Positions 19,070 through 27,357 of a DNA stretch of 64,000 bases are shown in pieces (position 1 is the first letter of the stretch; every line of letters begins with the position of its first letter). The DNA lies in the NCBI GenBank assembly GCA_965226585.1, contig OZ245366.1, forward strand, positions 928,001 through 992,000, given 5' to 3'. Source of the stretch: Thermodesulfobacteriota bacterium (GTDB lineage Bacteria; Desulfobacterota_D; UBA1144; Nemesobacterales; Mycalebacteriaceae). Under the pieces are notes generated by a model. That model was not told the origin of the DNA, did no database searches, and saw nothing but the letters and a program-made list of their open reading frames with translations. The position numbers were made by a program, and so were the translations under genes.

Positions 19070-19505
19070 TTCGGCTTGCTTCTCCGGTTTTTATTTTATC
19101 CAGAACACCGTTTATAAAACTTCCCGATTTTTCCGTGCCGTATTTTGCCGCCATTTCCATCGCCTCGTTTATGCTGACCGCGCCGTCAATGTCTTCCATA
19201 TACAGCAGTTCGTAGACGGCAACCCTCATTATGTTTATATCCACCGGAGACATTCGCGATATTTTCCAGTTGTCCGAGCACCTCTCTATGCGGGAATCTA
19301 TCTCGCCGATGTTTTTGCAGATGCCCGAAGCAAGGTCGCGGGCGAACTCTCTGTCGGGCGGCGAGTTTTCTCCGAGCGCGTCTTTTATCCTTTCAAAATC
19401 ATCTTCGGTGAACTCCGTTACGGAGCCGGAACACAAAAGCCCGTTGGCATCGTGCTGATAAAGAAACTTGAAGGCGAACTCTCTGGAAAGCCGTCTTTTT
19501 TTCAT
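19062..19505 (-). CDS. nusB: Transcription antitermination factor NusB
   Basis: RRLSRE..LYQ, SINEA, FINGVLD. Follows ribH. Confidence 0.96.
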   Translation of the reverse strand: MKKRRLSREFAFKFLYQHDANGLLCSGSVTEFTEDDFERIKDALGENSPPDREFARDLASGICKNIGEIDSRIERCSDNWKISRMSPVDINIMRVAVYELLYMEDIDGAVSINEAMEMAAKYGTEKSGSFINGVLDKIKTGEASRNA

Positions 19506-19529
19506 TTGATTTGCCGCTCCACCGTGAAA

Positions 19530-20030
19530 TTAAAGGGATTTTAACAGGCTTGCCATCTCAATGGCGGACAGCGCCGCTTCCTTGCCCCTGTTTCCGGCTT
19601 TTCCGCCCGCCCTTTCTATTGCCTGCTCAAGGGTGTCTGTTGTTACAACCCCGTCCGTAACGGGAACGCCCGTTTCCGTGCCGGCGCGGCAAAGACCGCC
19701 CGAAACTTCCGAGGCGAGAAAATCAAAGTGCGAGGTCTGCCCCCGTATTATGGAGCCGATTGCTATGACCGCAGAATATTTTCCGCTCTGCGCCGCTTTT
19801 TTAACCGCGAACGGAATCTCAAACGAGCCCGGAACCTTTATAACCGTTATGTTGCGGTCAACGGCTCCGTGCCGGACGAGAGCGTCAACCGCTCCTTCAA
19901 GCAGAGGCGTTGTTACAATTGAGTTGACCCTGCTTGTTACCAAGGCAAACTTGAACTGTTTCGCGTCCATTTTTCCTTCTTTGTACTGAGGCATTGTTTT
20001 TTCTCCCTGCTCCCGCGATTTTTCAGTCAA
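19530..20030 (-). CDS. ribH: 6,7-dimethyl-8-ribityllumazine synthase
   Basis: VPGSFEIP, IRGQTSHFD, EQAIERAG.K.GN.G. Confidence 0.97.
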   Translation of the reverse strand: MTEKSREQGEKTMPQYKEGKMDAKQFKFALVTSRVNSIVTTPLLEGAVDALVRHGAVDRNITVIKVPGSFEIPFAVKKAAQSGKYSAVIAIGSIIRGQTSHFDFLASEVSGGLCRAGTETGVPVTDGVVTTDTLEQAIERAGGKAGNRGKEAALSAIEMASLLKSL

Positions 20031-21258
20031 CCATTGAAAGGATGTGACCGAGTTTGTCTTTCTTTACCCGCAGATAGTCTTTGTTATTTTTATTGGGCGT
20101 TATCTCTATCGGAACCCGCTTTTCTATCTTGAGCCCGAAGCCGTCAAGTCCGCTCACTTTTCGCGGGTTGTTGGTCATAAGACTCATTGTTTTAACTCCG
20201 AGGTGGCGAAGTATCTGCGCGCCTATACCGTAATCCCTGAGGTCTTTTTTGAAGCCGAGAGCCTCGTTGGCTTCGGCGGTGTCAAGCCCTTTGTCTTGAA
20301 GGCTGTACGCCTTTATCTTGTTGAGCAGACCTATGCCCCTGCCCTCCTGCCGGAGATACAGAATAACGCCCTCTCCCTTTTCGGCAACCATCTTCATCGC
20401 CTGTCTCAACTGGGGCCCGCAGTCGCAACGCATGGAGTGAAAAACATCGCTTGTAAGACACTCGGAGTGCACACGCACAAGCGTTTCTTTTGAAGACGCG
20501 ATGTCTCCCATTGAGAGCGCGAAGTGCTGTGAGCCGTCAATCTGATTGACATAGACAAAAGCGTCAAAAACCCCGAATTCTGTCGGGATTGTTGTGGACG
20601 CCTCCTGTTTGACGAAAGACTCTTTTTTCAGCCTGTAACTGATAAGGTCGGCTATTGTTGCCATCGGTATTTTGTGTTTGCTCGAGAACTCGGAAAGTTC
20701 GTTCATTCTCGCCATGTGTCCGTTGCTTTGCATTATTTCGCATATTGCCGCCGCGGGTTTAAGCCCCGCAAGCCGCGCGAGATCGACTGACGCTTCCGTG
20801 TGCCCCGCTCTCACAAGCACCCCGCCCTCTCTCGCTATGAGGGGGAACATATGCCCGGGACGGATAAAATCTGATGACTGCGAGTCTTCGGCGATGGCTT
20901 TTTCTATGGTTTTCGCGCGGTCGTAAGCGGAAATTCCCGTTGTAACGTCACTGCCTTTGGAGTCTATAGAAACCGCGAAAGCGGTGTGTTGCGAGTCGCC
21001 GTGATCGTTCTCCGGCTCCATAGCGTTTTCCGGTTCCATAAGTTTCAGCCCTATCCGGCGGGCGTTGTTATTGGTAAGGGCGAGGCAGATAAGCCCCCTT
21101 CCGTGAGTCGCCATAAAGTTTATAACTTCCGGAGTCGCGAACTCCGCGGCAATCACAAGGTCACCCTCGTTCTCTCTGTCTTGATCGTCCACAAGGATTA
21201 AAAGCCGTCCCGCTTTTATCTCCTCAATGGCTTTAGGTATGTCCGTCAGAATAGCCAT
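20023..21258 (-). CDS. ribBA: Bifunctional DHBP synthase / GTP cyclohydrolase II
   Basis: DDQDRENEGDL, RAGHTEA, RVHSECLT, RCDCG, QEGRGIGL. Confidence 0.98.
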   Translation of the reverse strand: MAILTDIPKAIEEIKAGRLLILVDDQDRENEGDLVIAAEFATPEVINFMATHGRGLICLALTNNNARRIGLKLMEPENAMEPENDHGDSQHTAFAVSIDSKGSDVTTGISAYDRAKTIEKAIAEDSQSSDFIRPGHMFPLIAREGGVLVRAGHTEASVDLARLAGLKPAAAICEIMQSNGHMARMNELSEFSSKHKIPMATIADLISYRLKKESFVKQEASTTIPTEFGVFDAFVYVNQIDGSQHFALSMGDIASSKETLVRVHSECLTSDVFHSMRCDCGPQLRQAMKMVAEKGEGVILYLRQEGRGIGLLNKIKAYSLQDKGLDTAEANEALGFKKDLRDYGIGAQILRHLGVKTMSLMTNNPRKVSGLDGFGLKIEKRVPIEITPNKNNKDYLRVKKDKLGHILSMVD

Positions 21259-21342
21259 TAACCGTTCTCACCCTCTGTTTATATACTCTCCTATACGGCG
21301 CGTTTGTCAACAAATTCAGCGCGTCCGGCGCGGCGGTTCCGT

Positions 21343-21370
21343 TTGACATTGCTCTTATCGTGTGTAGTTT
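21343..21370 (+). promoter_or_regulatory. Probable sigma70 promoter for small acidic ORF (divergent from ribBA)
   Basis: TTGACA-16 nt-TAGTTT. A second TTGACA on the minus strand at 21305-21310 faces ribBA. Confidence 0.5.
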
Positions 21371-21408
21371 TGGAGACAACCCCAAGGGATTGCGGAAGCG
21401 GAGGAAAA

Positions 21409-21567
21409 ATGTCGTTGTTTTTTACCTTGCTGAGAATCCTCTCCGAAGAGAATCTTGAAGAGATAGAGGAAGAAGAGATATTTGAAATGCTTGAGAACGA
21501 AGACTGGGCTGAAATAGAGCAGTTTATAGAACGCGAAACGGAAGTATCACCCAGACTTCTCCACTGA
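21409..21567 (+). CDS. 52-aa highly acidic hypothetical protein
   Basis: GGAGGA RBS before ATG 21409, upstream promoter, 17 of 52 residues are E/D. Confidence 0.62.
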   Translation: MSLFFTLLRILSEENLEEIEEEEIFEMLENEDWAEIEQFIERETEVSPRLLH

Positions 21568-21655
21568 CCGGACGCGTTTGTTTCCATTGACTGACGATTT
21601 ACGGAAAGCGGCATTCCGCCGTTTTCTTTTACTTTCTTAATTTTAACGGAGCCAT

Positions 21656-21739
21656 TGCCCGGGGCCGGACTTGAACCGGCATGGGGCTGTGCCCCGAGGG
21701 ATTTTAAGTCCCTTGCGTCTACCATTTCGCCACCCGGGC
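21656..21739 (-). tRNA. tRNA-Leu(TAA)
   Basis: GCCCGGGTGGCGAAATGGTAGACGC...CT TAA AA, long variable arm, GGTTCAAGTCC. CCA not encoded. Confidence 0.96.
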
Positions 21740-21776
21740 GGCAAGATACAGGTTGGACTCAATCTATCTTGAAATA

Positions 21777-21848
21777 AGGCGGCGCCCGGAATCGAACCGG
21801 GGTATAACGGTTTTGCAGACCGTCGCCTTGCCTCTTGGCTACGCCGCC
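21777..21848 (-). tRNA. tRNA-Cys(GCA)
   Basis: GGCGGCGTAGCCAAG...CT GCA AA...GGTTCGATTCC. CCA not encoded. Confidence 0.96.
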
Positions 21849-21874
21849 GACTTCAGTAATTCGCCATTAGTATT

Positions 21875-22645
21875 CTACAAGGCAAGCGTCATATCAAGAG
21901 CCGCCCCTCCGCCTATCTTCACCCTGTCTCCCGAAACTTCGGTGTGAACAACCCCGCCTCTTTGTGAAATTTGCAGACCTTTCATTTTCTTTTCCCCCGT
22001 TTTCCCGCTCCAGTAAGGCGCGAGGCACGAATGCGCGGAGCCGGTAACCGGGTCTTCATCAATGCCAACACGGGGAGCAAAAAACCTTGAAACAAAATCG
22101 TATCCGTCTCTTTCGCACGCGCTTGTAACAATCACGCCTCTTGAGTCAAGCAATTTCAGTTTTTCCATATCGGGGCGCGCCTTTGCCACTTCGCCCTCGC
22201 TTTTGAGTTCAAACAGATAGTCCAAGCTGTTTCTGCCCGCATATACAACCTCCGCTCCGAGAGTCTCTTCAATCCCTTCAGGCGCGGCGCATTCTGTTTG
22301 GGGGCAGGATGGAAAATCCATTTCTATTATCTCCCCTCGCGGCTCGGCAAGCAGTTTGTGGTTTCCCGCTGAAAACCGCACCGCACCGCTGTGTCCGCCT
22401 CTGATAATCATGTGGGCGGCGGCAAGGGTGGCGTGTCCGCAGAGGGAGACTTCAGTAACTGGAGTCCACCACCTGATAAAAAAATCGTCTTTCCGTTTCA
22501 TAACAAACGCAGTTTCTGAAAAACCCGCCTTTGCCGCCGTCTCTCTCATCTTTTCATCCGCCGGGAACTCGTCAACAAAACAGACGCCCGCGGGATTTCC
22601 GAGCATTCCGTTTTCCACAAAAGCGTTCACCACAAAAACTTCCAT
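21875..22645 (-). CDS. PhzF-family isomerase (YddE-like)
   Basis: NAF...GNPAGV, SETAF, EVSLCGHATLA, EDPVTGSAH. Confidence 0.93.
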   Translation of the reverse strand: MEVFVVNAFVENGMLGNPAGVCFVDEFPADEKMRETAAKAGFSETAFVMKRKDDFFIRWWTPVTEVSLCGHATLAAAHMIIRGGHSGAVRFSAGNHKLLAEPRGEIIEMDFPSCPQTECAAPEGIEETLGAEVVYAGRNSLDYLFELKSEGEVAKARPDMEKLKLLDSRGVIVTSACERDGYDFVSRFFAPRVGIDEDPVTGSAHSCLAPYWSGKTGEKKMKGLQISQRGGVVHTEVSGDRVKIGGGAALDMTLAL

Positions 22646-22664
22646 ATTCCTTTTTCTCCCCGCT

Positions 22665-23867
22665 TCAGTTGGCGGAGAAAGTCGCCTTGCTGTCTTGAAG
22701 AGCTTTTACGGCGCGTGTTATGCCGCCGATTGTAAGCGGAAACATTCTGTCTCCGGTAAAGTTTTTAAGCATCCCTATGGTTTGCGTGTCGCGCCATTCG
22801 TTTTCCGGAACGGGGTTCAGCCACACCATCATCGGGTATTTGTTTTTTACGCGCTCAAGCCACGTGAGTCCCGGTTCGCTGTTGTTGTGCTCAACGCTTC
22901 CGTTTCTGTAGAGAAGTTCGTAAGGAGACATTGAAGCGTCTCCGACAATTATTACCCTGTAGTCGCTGTTGTATTTGTTCAGAACTTCAAAAGTGGGAAT
23001 CGCTTCCTGCCAGCGTCTTTCGTTGTTTTTCCAGACCGCTTCGTAAACGCAGTTATGAAAATAGTAGTATTCAAGGTGTTTGAATTCGTAGCGGGCGGCG
23101 GAAAACAGTTTTGAGCAAAGTTCAATGTGGTCGTCCATTGAGCCGCCTATGTCGAAGAATATCAAAACCTTCACGTTGTTTTTTCTGTTCGGAACCATCT
23201 CAATATCCAGAAATCCGGCGTTGCGCGAGGTTTTCGCGATGGTTTTATCCATGTCAATTTCCTCTTCCGTTCCCTCGCGGGTGAGAACGCGGAGTTTTCT
23301 GAGAGCCATTTTCATGTTGCGTGTCTGGAGTTCGGCGGAGTCGTCAAGGTCTTTGAACTCTCTTTTATCCCAAACCTTCACCGCCCTTCTGTGGCGGCTT
23401 TCGTGTTGTCCGATTCGTATTCCTTCGGGGTTGTATCCGTAAGCGCCAAAAGGTGAAGTTCCGCCCGTGCCAATCCATTTGCCGCCGCCCTGATGCCGTT
23501 TTTTCTGTTCCTTCATCAACTCTTTGAGTCTTTCTATAAGTTTGTCCAGTCCGCCCATCGCTTTTATTTGCGCTTTTTCCTCGTCAGTCAGCGAGCCTTC
23601 CATTGTTTTACGCAGCCATTCATCGGGAATATTCATAAACTCTTTGTCGTCTATGTATTCAATCCCTTTGAAATACTGCCCGAAGAGGCGGTCAAACTTG
23701 TCAAGGTTTTGTTCGTGTTTAACCAGAGAGCTGCGGCTCAGGTAGTAGAAGTCGTCCACGCCGCGCTCCACCATTCCGCTGTCCAGAACATCAAGGAGCG
23801 TCAGATATTCCTTGATTGTTACGGGAAGCCCCGCGTGTCTGAGGTAGAGGAAAAAATCCAAAAACAT
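22665..23867 (-). CDS. VWA (CoxE-like) domain protein, MoxR partner
   Basis: GGGKWIGTGGTSPFG, MIDAS-like DIGGSM, YFHNC, VGDASMSPYE. Confidence 0.9.
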   Translation of the reverse strand: MFLDFFLYLRHAGLPVTIKEYLTLLDVLDSGMVERGVDDFYYLSRSSLVKHEQNLDKFDRLFGQYFKGIEYIDDKEFMNIPDEWLRKTMEGSLTDEEKAQIKAMGGLDKLIERLKELMKEQKKRHQGGGKWIGTGGTSPFGAYGYNPEGIRIGQHESRHRRAVKVWDKREFKDLDDSAELQTRNMKMALRKLRVLTREGTEEEIDMDKTIAKTSRNAGFLDIEMVPNRKNNVKVLIFFDIGGSMDDHIELCSKLFSAARYEFKHLEYYYFHNCVYEAVWKNNERRWQEAIPTFEVLNKYNSDYRVIIVGDASMSPYELLYRNGSVEHNNSEPGLTWLERVKNKYPMMVWLNPVPENEWRDTQTIGMLKNFTGDRMFPLTIGGITRAVKALQDSKATFSAN

Positions 23868-23875
23868 TTGTTTTG

Positions 23876-23923
23876 ATTATAACAGACCTTCGCCGTTGCC
23901 GCCGCGCGGGGAATGGTTAAACT
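23876..23923. promoter_or_regulatory. Divergent promoters with very short leaders
   Basis: Minus strand: TG-T-TATAAT 8 nt before ATG 23867. Plus strand: TTGCCG-16 nt-TAAACT 9 nt before ATG 23933. Confidence 0.5.
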
Positions 23924-23932
23924 GTCTGCATT

Positions 23933-24673
23933 ATGACTGACAAAAGAGACCAGTACGGGGATATTGCGGAGGAGTACAAAGATTCAAAGCAGTTGCCGTT
24001 CCGGCTTTATATTGAGGAGTATTCGCTTTTCAAAATGCTTGGCGACATCACGGGGCTGACGGTTGCCGACCTTGCCTGCGGAGACGGTTTTTACACGCGC
24101 AAGTTGAAAGCCGCCGGAGCGGCGGATGTTACGGGCGTTGATTTGTCTGCTGAGATGATACAACTCGCCGTGGATGAGGAGCGGAACAATCCTCTTGGCT
24201 GTAAATACGAGAACAAAGACGCGGCTGAGTTTGAGACGCCGCCGCTTGACCTTGTTGTGGCGATGTATCTGTTGAATTACGCGAAAAACGCCGCAGAGCT
24301 TGAGGATTTTTGCAAAACCGCTTTTTCAATTCTGAAACCGGGCGGGCGTTTTGTCGGGTTTAACGACAACATTCAAAATCCGCCGAAGGGTTCGGAGTCT
24401 TTTTCGCAGTATGGTTTTGACAAGGAGTGCGCCGACCCGCCGAAAGAGGGAGACGCGATTGTTTATAAAATCACAAATGAAGACGGAACAAAGTTTGAGT
24501 TCAACAATTTCTATTTGAAGCCTGAAACCTATGCCCGCGCCTTCAAACAGGCGGGTTTTTCAAGCTTTGAATGGAAGGGTCCTTATCTTGAGCCGTCTCA
24601 AAAAGGCAATCCGTTGTGGGAGCCGTTTATGTCGAACCCGCCGCTCATAGGGTTTGTGGCGGAGAAAAAATAA
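23933..24673 (+). CDS. Class I SAM-dependent methyltransferase (ToxA-like)
   Basis: DLACGDG motif I, GVDLSAEMI, LLNYA, LKPGGRF. Overall pattern resembles toxoflavin ToxA-type MTases as recalled. Confidence 0.85.
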   Translation: MTDKRDQYGDIAEEYKDSKQLPFRLYIEEYSLFKMLGDITGLTVADLACGDGFYTRKLKAAGAADVTGVDLSAEMIQLAVDEERNNPLGCKYENKDAAEFETPPLDLVVAMYLLNYAKNAAELEDFCKTAFSILKPGGRFVGFNDNIQNPPKGSESFSQYGFDKECADPPKEGDAIVYKITNEDGTKFEFNNFYLKPETYARAFKQAGFSSFEWKGPYLEPSQKGNPLWEPFMSNPPLIGFVAEKK

Positions 24674-24679
24674 GGCGAC

Positions 24680-24856
24680 ATGATGACGCTGGCGTTTCCG
24701 TCTTTGAAAGACTACGGCTTGCCGGATCTTTACGCGATGTCGGGACATGAGTCGGTTTCAGGGAAAGAAATCAGAAACCGGCTTGTTCTGTGGGATTGCG
24801 AGAGGTTTATAATTGCTTATCTCATTGCTGTTTCTCAGCTTGAGAGATGGGATTGA
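24680..24856 (+). CDS. Possible 58-aa ORF or gene remnant
   Basis: Open frame MMTLAFPSLKDYGLPDLY...LERWD*, starting 6 nt after the MTase stop. No recognisable motif. Confidence 0.25.
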   Translation: MMTLAFPSLKDYGLPDLYAMSGHESVSGKEIRNRLVLWDCERFIIAYLIAVSQLERWD

Positions 24857-24892
24857 GAGGGGTGATTGGTAATGCCGCCCTTTCCGTTACGT

Positions 24893-25015
24893 TACTTCCC
24901 GTCATTCCGTGCTTTGTAAGTAATTACTCTACTTCCCGTCATTCCGTGCTTGACACGGAATCCAGTATTCAACTGGCTAACTAATACTGGATTCCTGCTT
25001 TCGCAGGAATGACGG
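24893..25015. repeat. Palindromic REP/RPE-like element with partial upstream duplicate
   Basis: CCGTCATTCC...GGAATGACGG outer IR (24936-25015) with inner hairpins. A 22-bp direct repeat TACTTCCCGTCATTCCGTGCTT lies at 24893 and 24930. Confidence 0.85.
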
Positions 25016-25065
25016 TTTGGTTGTTTGGGTTGAGAGGTTGAGAGATAGGATTTTTACTGAGGCGA

Positions 25066-25314
25066 TTAAGATTTGCCCAGAACCAGTGTGTACAGACCAA
25101 CACGTATTAGAACTCTAAAAATCAGAGTCTGTATAATTCTGAAAACAAATCTTTGACCTACATAGCGGATAATAAGTTTAATTACTCTGGGAGTTTTTGT
25201 GTTTGAGATTGAGAAACGTCTTGCAACCCAGCCAATCAATATCATCATTGCTTCTACGGCAAGAACTTCCAAAAAGAGTTCCGACAGTTCTTCATTAATG
25301 AATTGCCGACTCAT
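25066..25314 (-). CDS. Small hydrophobic/basic hypothetical protein
   Basis: ATGA overlap with the stop of the BRCT gene, AT-rich, two hydrophobic segments. Confidence 0.5.
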   Translation of the reverse strand: MSRQFINEELSELFLEVLAVEAMMILIGWVARRFSISNTKTPRVIKLIIRYVGQRFVFRIIQTLIFRVLIRVGLYTLVLGKS

Positions 25315-25952
25315 TCTTCGTTTTCTGTATCAGTTTTTTCTAGTGATTGTGACCAATATTCTTCTGAAACTATGCTTATGTCACAGTTTTCTTTTTCGTT
25401 ATAATCTAAGGCCTTAAGGATTTTTGTCCCACAAGAAGAGTGTTTCCAACTTTCTGTTGAGTACTCTCCAATAACTAAGTAATTAAGTGATTTTGTAATG
25501 TTTTTTTGATGAACCCCCGAGCGTTTTTCCGTTTCTTTATGACAGTCACCTCTTGTTCCGAAAGTAAAGGTTCCTGTAAAACAAAAACTGTGACCGAAAA
25601 AACTGATAACAGGCTCCGGTTTTGTCAGTGGTAAAAGTGTTGATTTTGGCAATTCTCCCTCTTCTCCCAATGGGGAGAAGGCATACAAAGTATCGTATAT
25701 ATCTTTCAATTCTTCCTTATCTATAACGTTATCAGACATGATTTCTTCGACTTTACGTCTTAATTGTGCAACTAATTTGTTTTCGCTTATACCTCTTGAG
25801 GTGCGCAACCAGTTATCTAGGAACTCCACTTCTTTTTCATTAACCAACCCATCGGCAATAATTCCTTTACACAGGCCAAGCAATTCATTCTCGTTCGCAT
25901 CCGCAATTTCCTTATGCCTGTAAATAGCACCCTTTTCCCTTCCATCAGTCAT
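25311..25952 (-). CDS. BRCT-domain protein with N-terminal TerB-like helical domain
   Basis: GIIADGLVNEKEVEFL..W N-domain. BRCT motif FCFTGTF..G.R, TKSLNYLVIG, WKHSS.G.KI.KA, IVSEEYW. Confidence 0.82.
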   Translation of the reverse strand: MTDGREKGAIYRHKEIADANENELLGLCKGIIADGLVNEKEVEFLDNWLRTSRGISENKLVAQLRRKVEEIMSDNVIDKEELKDIYDTLYAFSPLGEEGELPKSTLLPLTKPEPVISFFGHSFCFTGTFTFGTRGDCHKETEKRSGVHQKNITKSLNYLVIGEYSTESWKHSSCGTKILKALDYNEKENCDISIVSEEYWSQSLEKTDTENEE

Positions 25953-25961
25953 TGTTTTCTC

Positions 25962-26813
25962 TCACCTCCTCATCCTATACCGCAACACATTCAACATCTC
26001 AAAATCCTGTTCATTCTTAATCAACGCCCCCGCATACGGCGGGTCTTCTTCCGTAATATCAAACTTTTCAAGCTCACTTGCGGCTATCTTTCCGGCGGTG
26101 AGCAGTTTTATCCAGTCTATCAACTCACTTGTTGACGGCTTTTTCTTCATCCCGTCTATCTCGCGCAACGAGTAGAAAATCTCAAGCGCGTTATCAAGCA
26201 GTTTTTTCTCAAGCTTCGGATGATGAACCTCAACAATCGCCTTTAATGTCTCAATCTCAGGGAAAGTTATGTAATGGAAAAAACAACGCCTCAGGAAAGC
26301 GTCCGGCAACTCCTTTTCGTTGTTTGAAGTGATTATCACAACAGGGCGTTTCTTCGCCTTTACGGTTTTCCGCAACTCATAGCAGTAGAACTCCATCTTG
26401 TCCAACTCAAGAAGCAGGTCGTTCGGAAACTCAATGTCCGCCTTGTCTATCTCATCAATCAAAAGAACAGACTGCTCTTCCGCCTCAAACGCCTCCCACA
26501 GTTTTCCCTTGTTTATATAATTGGATATGTCTTTGACCTTCTCATCGCCAAGCTGTGAATCGCGCAAACGGGCAACGGCATCGTACTCGTAAAGCCCCTG
26601 CTGGGCGGTGGTGGTGGACTTTATGTGCCAAGTGATAAGAGACTTGCCAAGAGATTCGGCAACCTCAAACGCGAGCATGGTTTTACCGGTGCCGGGCTCG
26701 CCCTTTATAATCAAAGGTCTTTCAAGCGTTATTGAAGCGTTAACCGCAAGAATAAGGTCTCTTGTGGCAACATACCGCTCCGTGCCTTCAAATTGTTTTT
26801 TTTCTTTAGACAT
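25962..26813 (-). CDS. MoxR-family AAA+ ATPase
   Basis: GEPGTGKT, LLIDEIDKAD.EFPNDLL, TSNNEKELPDAFLRRC. Confidence 0.95.
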   Translation of the reverse strand: MSKEKKQFEGTERYVATRDLILAVNASITLERPLIIKGEPGTGKTMLAFEVAESLGKSLITWHIKSTTTAQQGLYEYDAVARLRDSQLGDEKVKDISNYINKGKLWEAFEAEEQSVLLIDEIDKADIEFPNDLLLELDKMEFYCYELRKTVKAKKRPVVIITSNNEKELPDAFLRRCFFHYITFPEIETLKAIVEVHHPKLEKKLLDNALEIFYSLREIDGMKKKPSTSELIDWIKLLTAGKIAASELEKFDITEEDPPYAGALIKNEQDFEMLNVLRYRMRR

Positions 26814-26862
26814 TTTTGCAGGAATTAAAAATACTTGCCCCCGCGCCCGTTATCAAATCCGC

Positions 26863-27357
26863 CTACGACCACGGCTCTTTGTAGTAGTAGACAAAGTTTG
26901 CCACTTTCGGCCTCTCCGTCCAACCCATCTTCTTGTAAAAACCCCTCTTGTATGACGGCTTCTCTTTGCCGTTTGTTACCATAAGACGGAAACAGTCGCG
27001 CTTTTCGCCCTCTTCCATCACCGCTGAAAGAAGCAAACTTCCGGCTCCGGTTCCCGCCGCAGACGGGCTGACAAAAAGATCAGACACATAACCCTCAACC
27101 CCCGCAAGCATTATGAACGGAACCCAGTGCGCGTTCACAAATCCCGCCACATTGCCGCCGGTATCCTCCGCCACAAGAAGCGAATGCCCTTCGGGGTCAT
27201 CCACAGCCGTTTTTATAAGTTTTTCCATCGGGGCGGCAACCTCTTTGAGAGAAAGCGCGTTTCTTTTCTCAGACCACCCTATTTCCTTGAGTATTCGCGC
27301 CATATCCTCAGCGTCTCCGCTTTGTGCCGCGCGAACGGTGAGGTTTTTCTCAGCCAT
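26863..27357 (-). CDS. GNAT-family N-acetyltransferase
   Basis: DLFVSPSAAGTGAGS.LL acetyl-CoA motif, FYKKMGW. Confidence 0.88.
   Translation of the reverse strand: MAEKNLTVRAAQSGDAEDMARILKEIGWSEKRNALSLKEVAAPMEKLIKTAVDDPEGHSLLVAEDTGGNVAGFVNAHWVPFIMLAGVEGYVSDLFVSPSAAGTGAGSLLLSAVMEEGEKRDCFRLMVTNGKEKPSYKRGFYKKMGWTERPKVANFVYYYKEPWS

Noticed and set aside
21567..21660. tRNA-Leu 3' end as an integration site
   Set aside because: No integrase, and I saw no duplicated tRNA 3' fragment in the window.
21291..21725. 144-aa minus-strand ORF
   Set aside because: It runs through tRNA-Leu and is antisense to the better-supported acidic ORF.
20023..24673. Phenazine or toxoflavin biosynthetic cluster (ribBA + phzF + ToxA-like)
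   Set aside because: ribBA is in the normal rib-nusB operon, the PhzF-like gene is the widespread orphan type, the genes are not co-transcribed, and other pathway genes are missing.
24893..24951. 22-bp direct repeat as a CRISPR array
   Set aside because: Only two copies, 15 nt apart, no cas genes, and it is part of a palindromic element.
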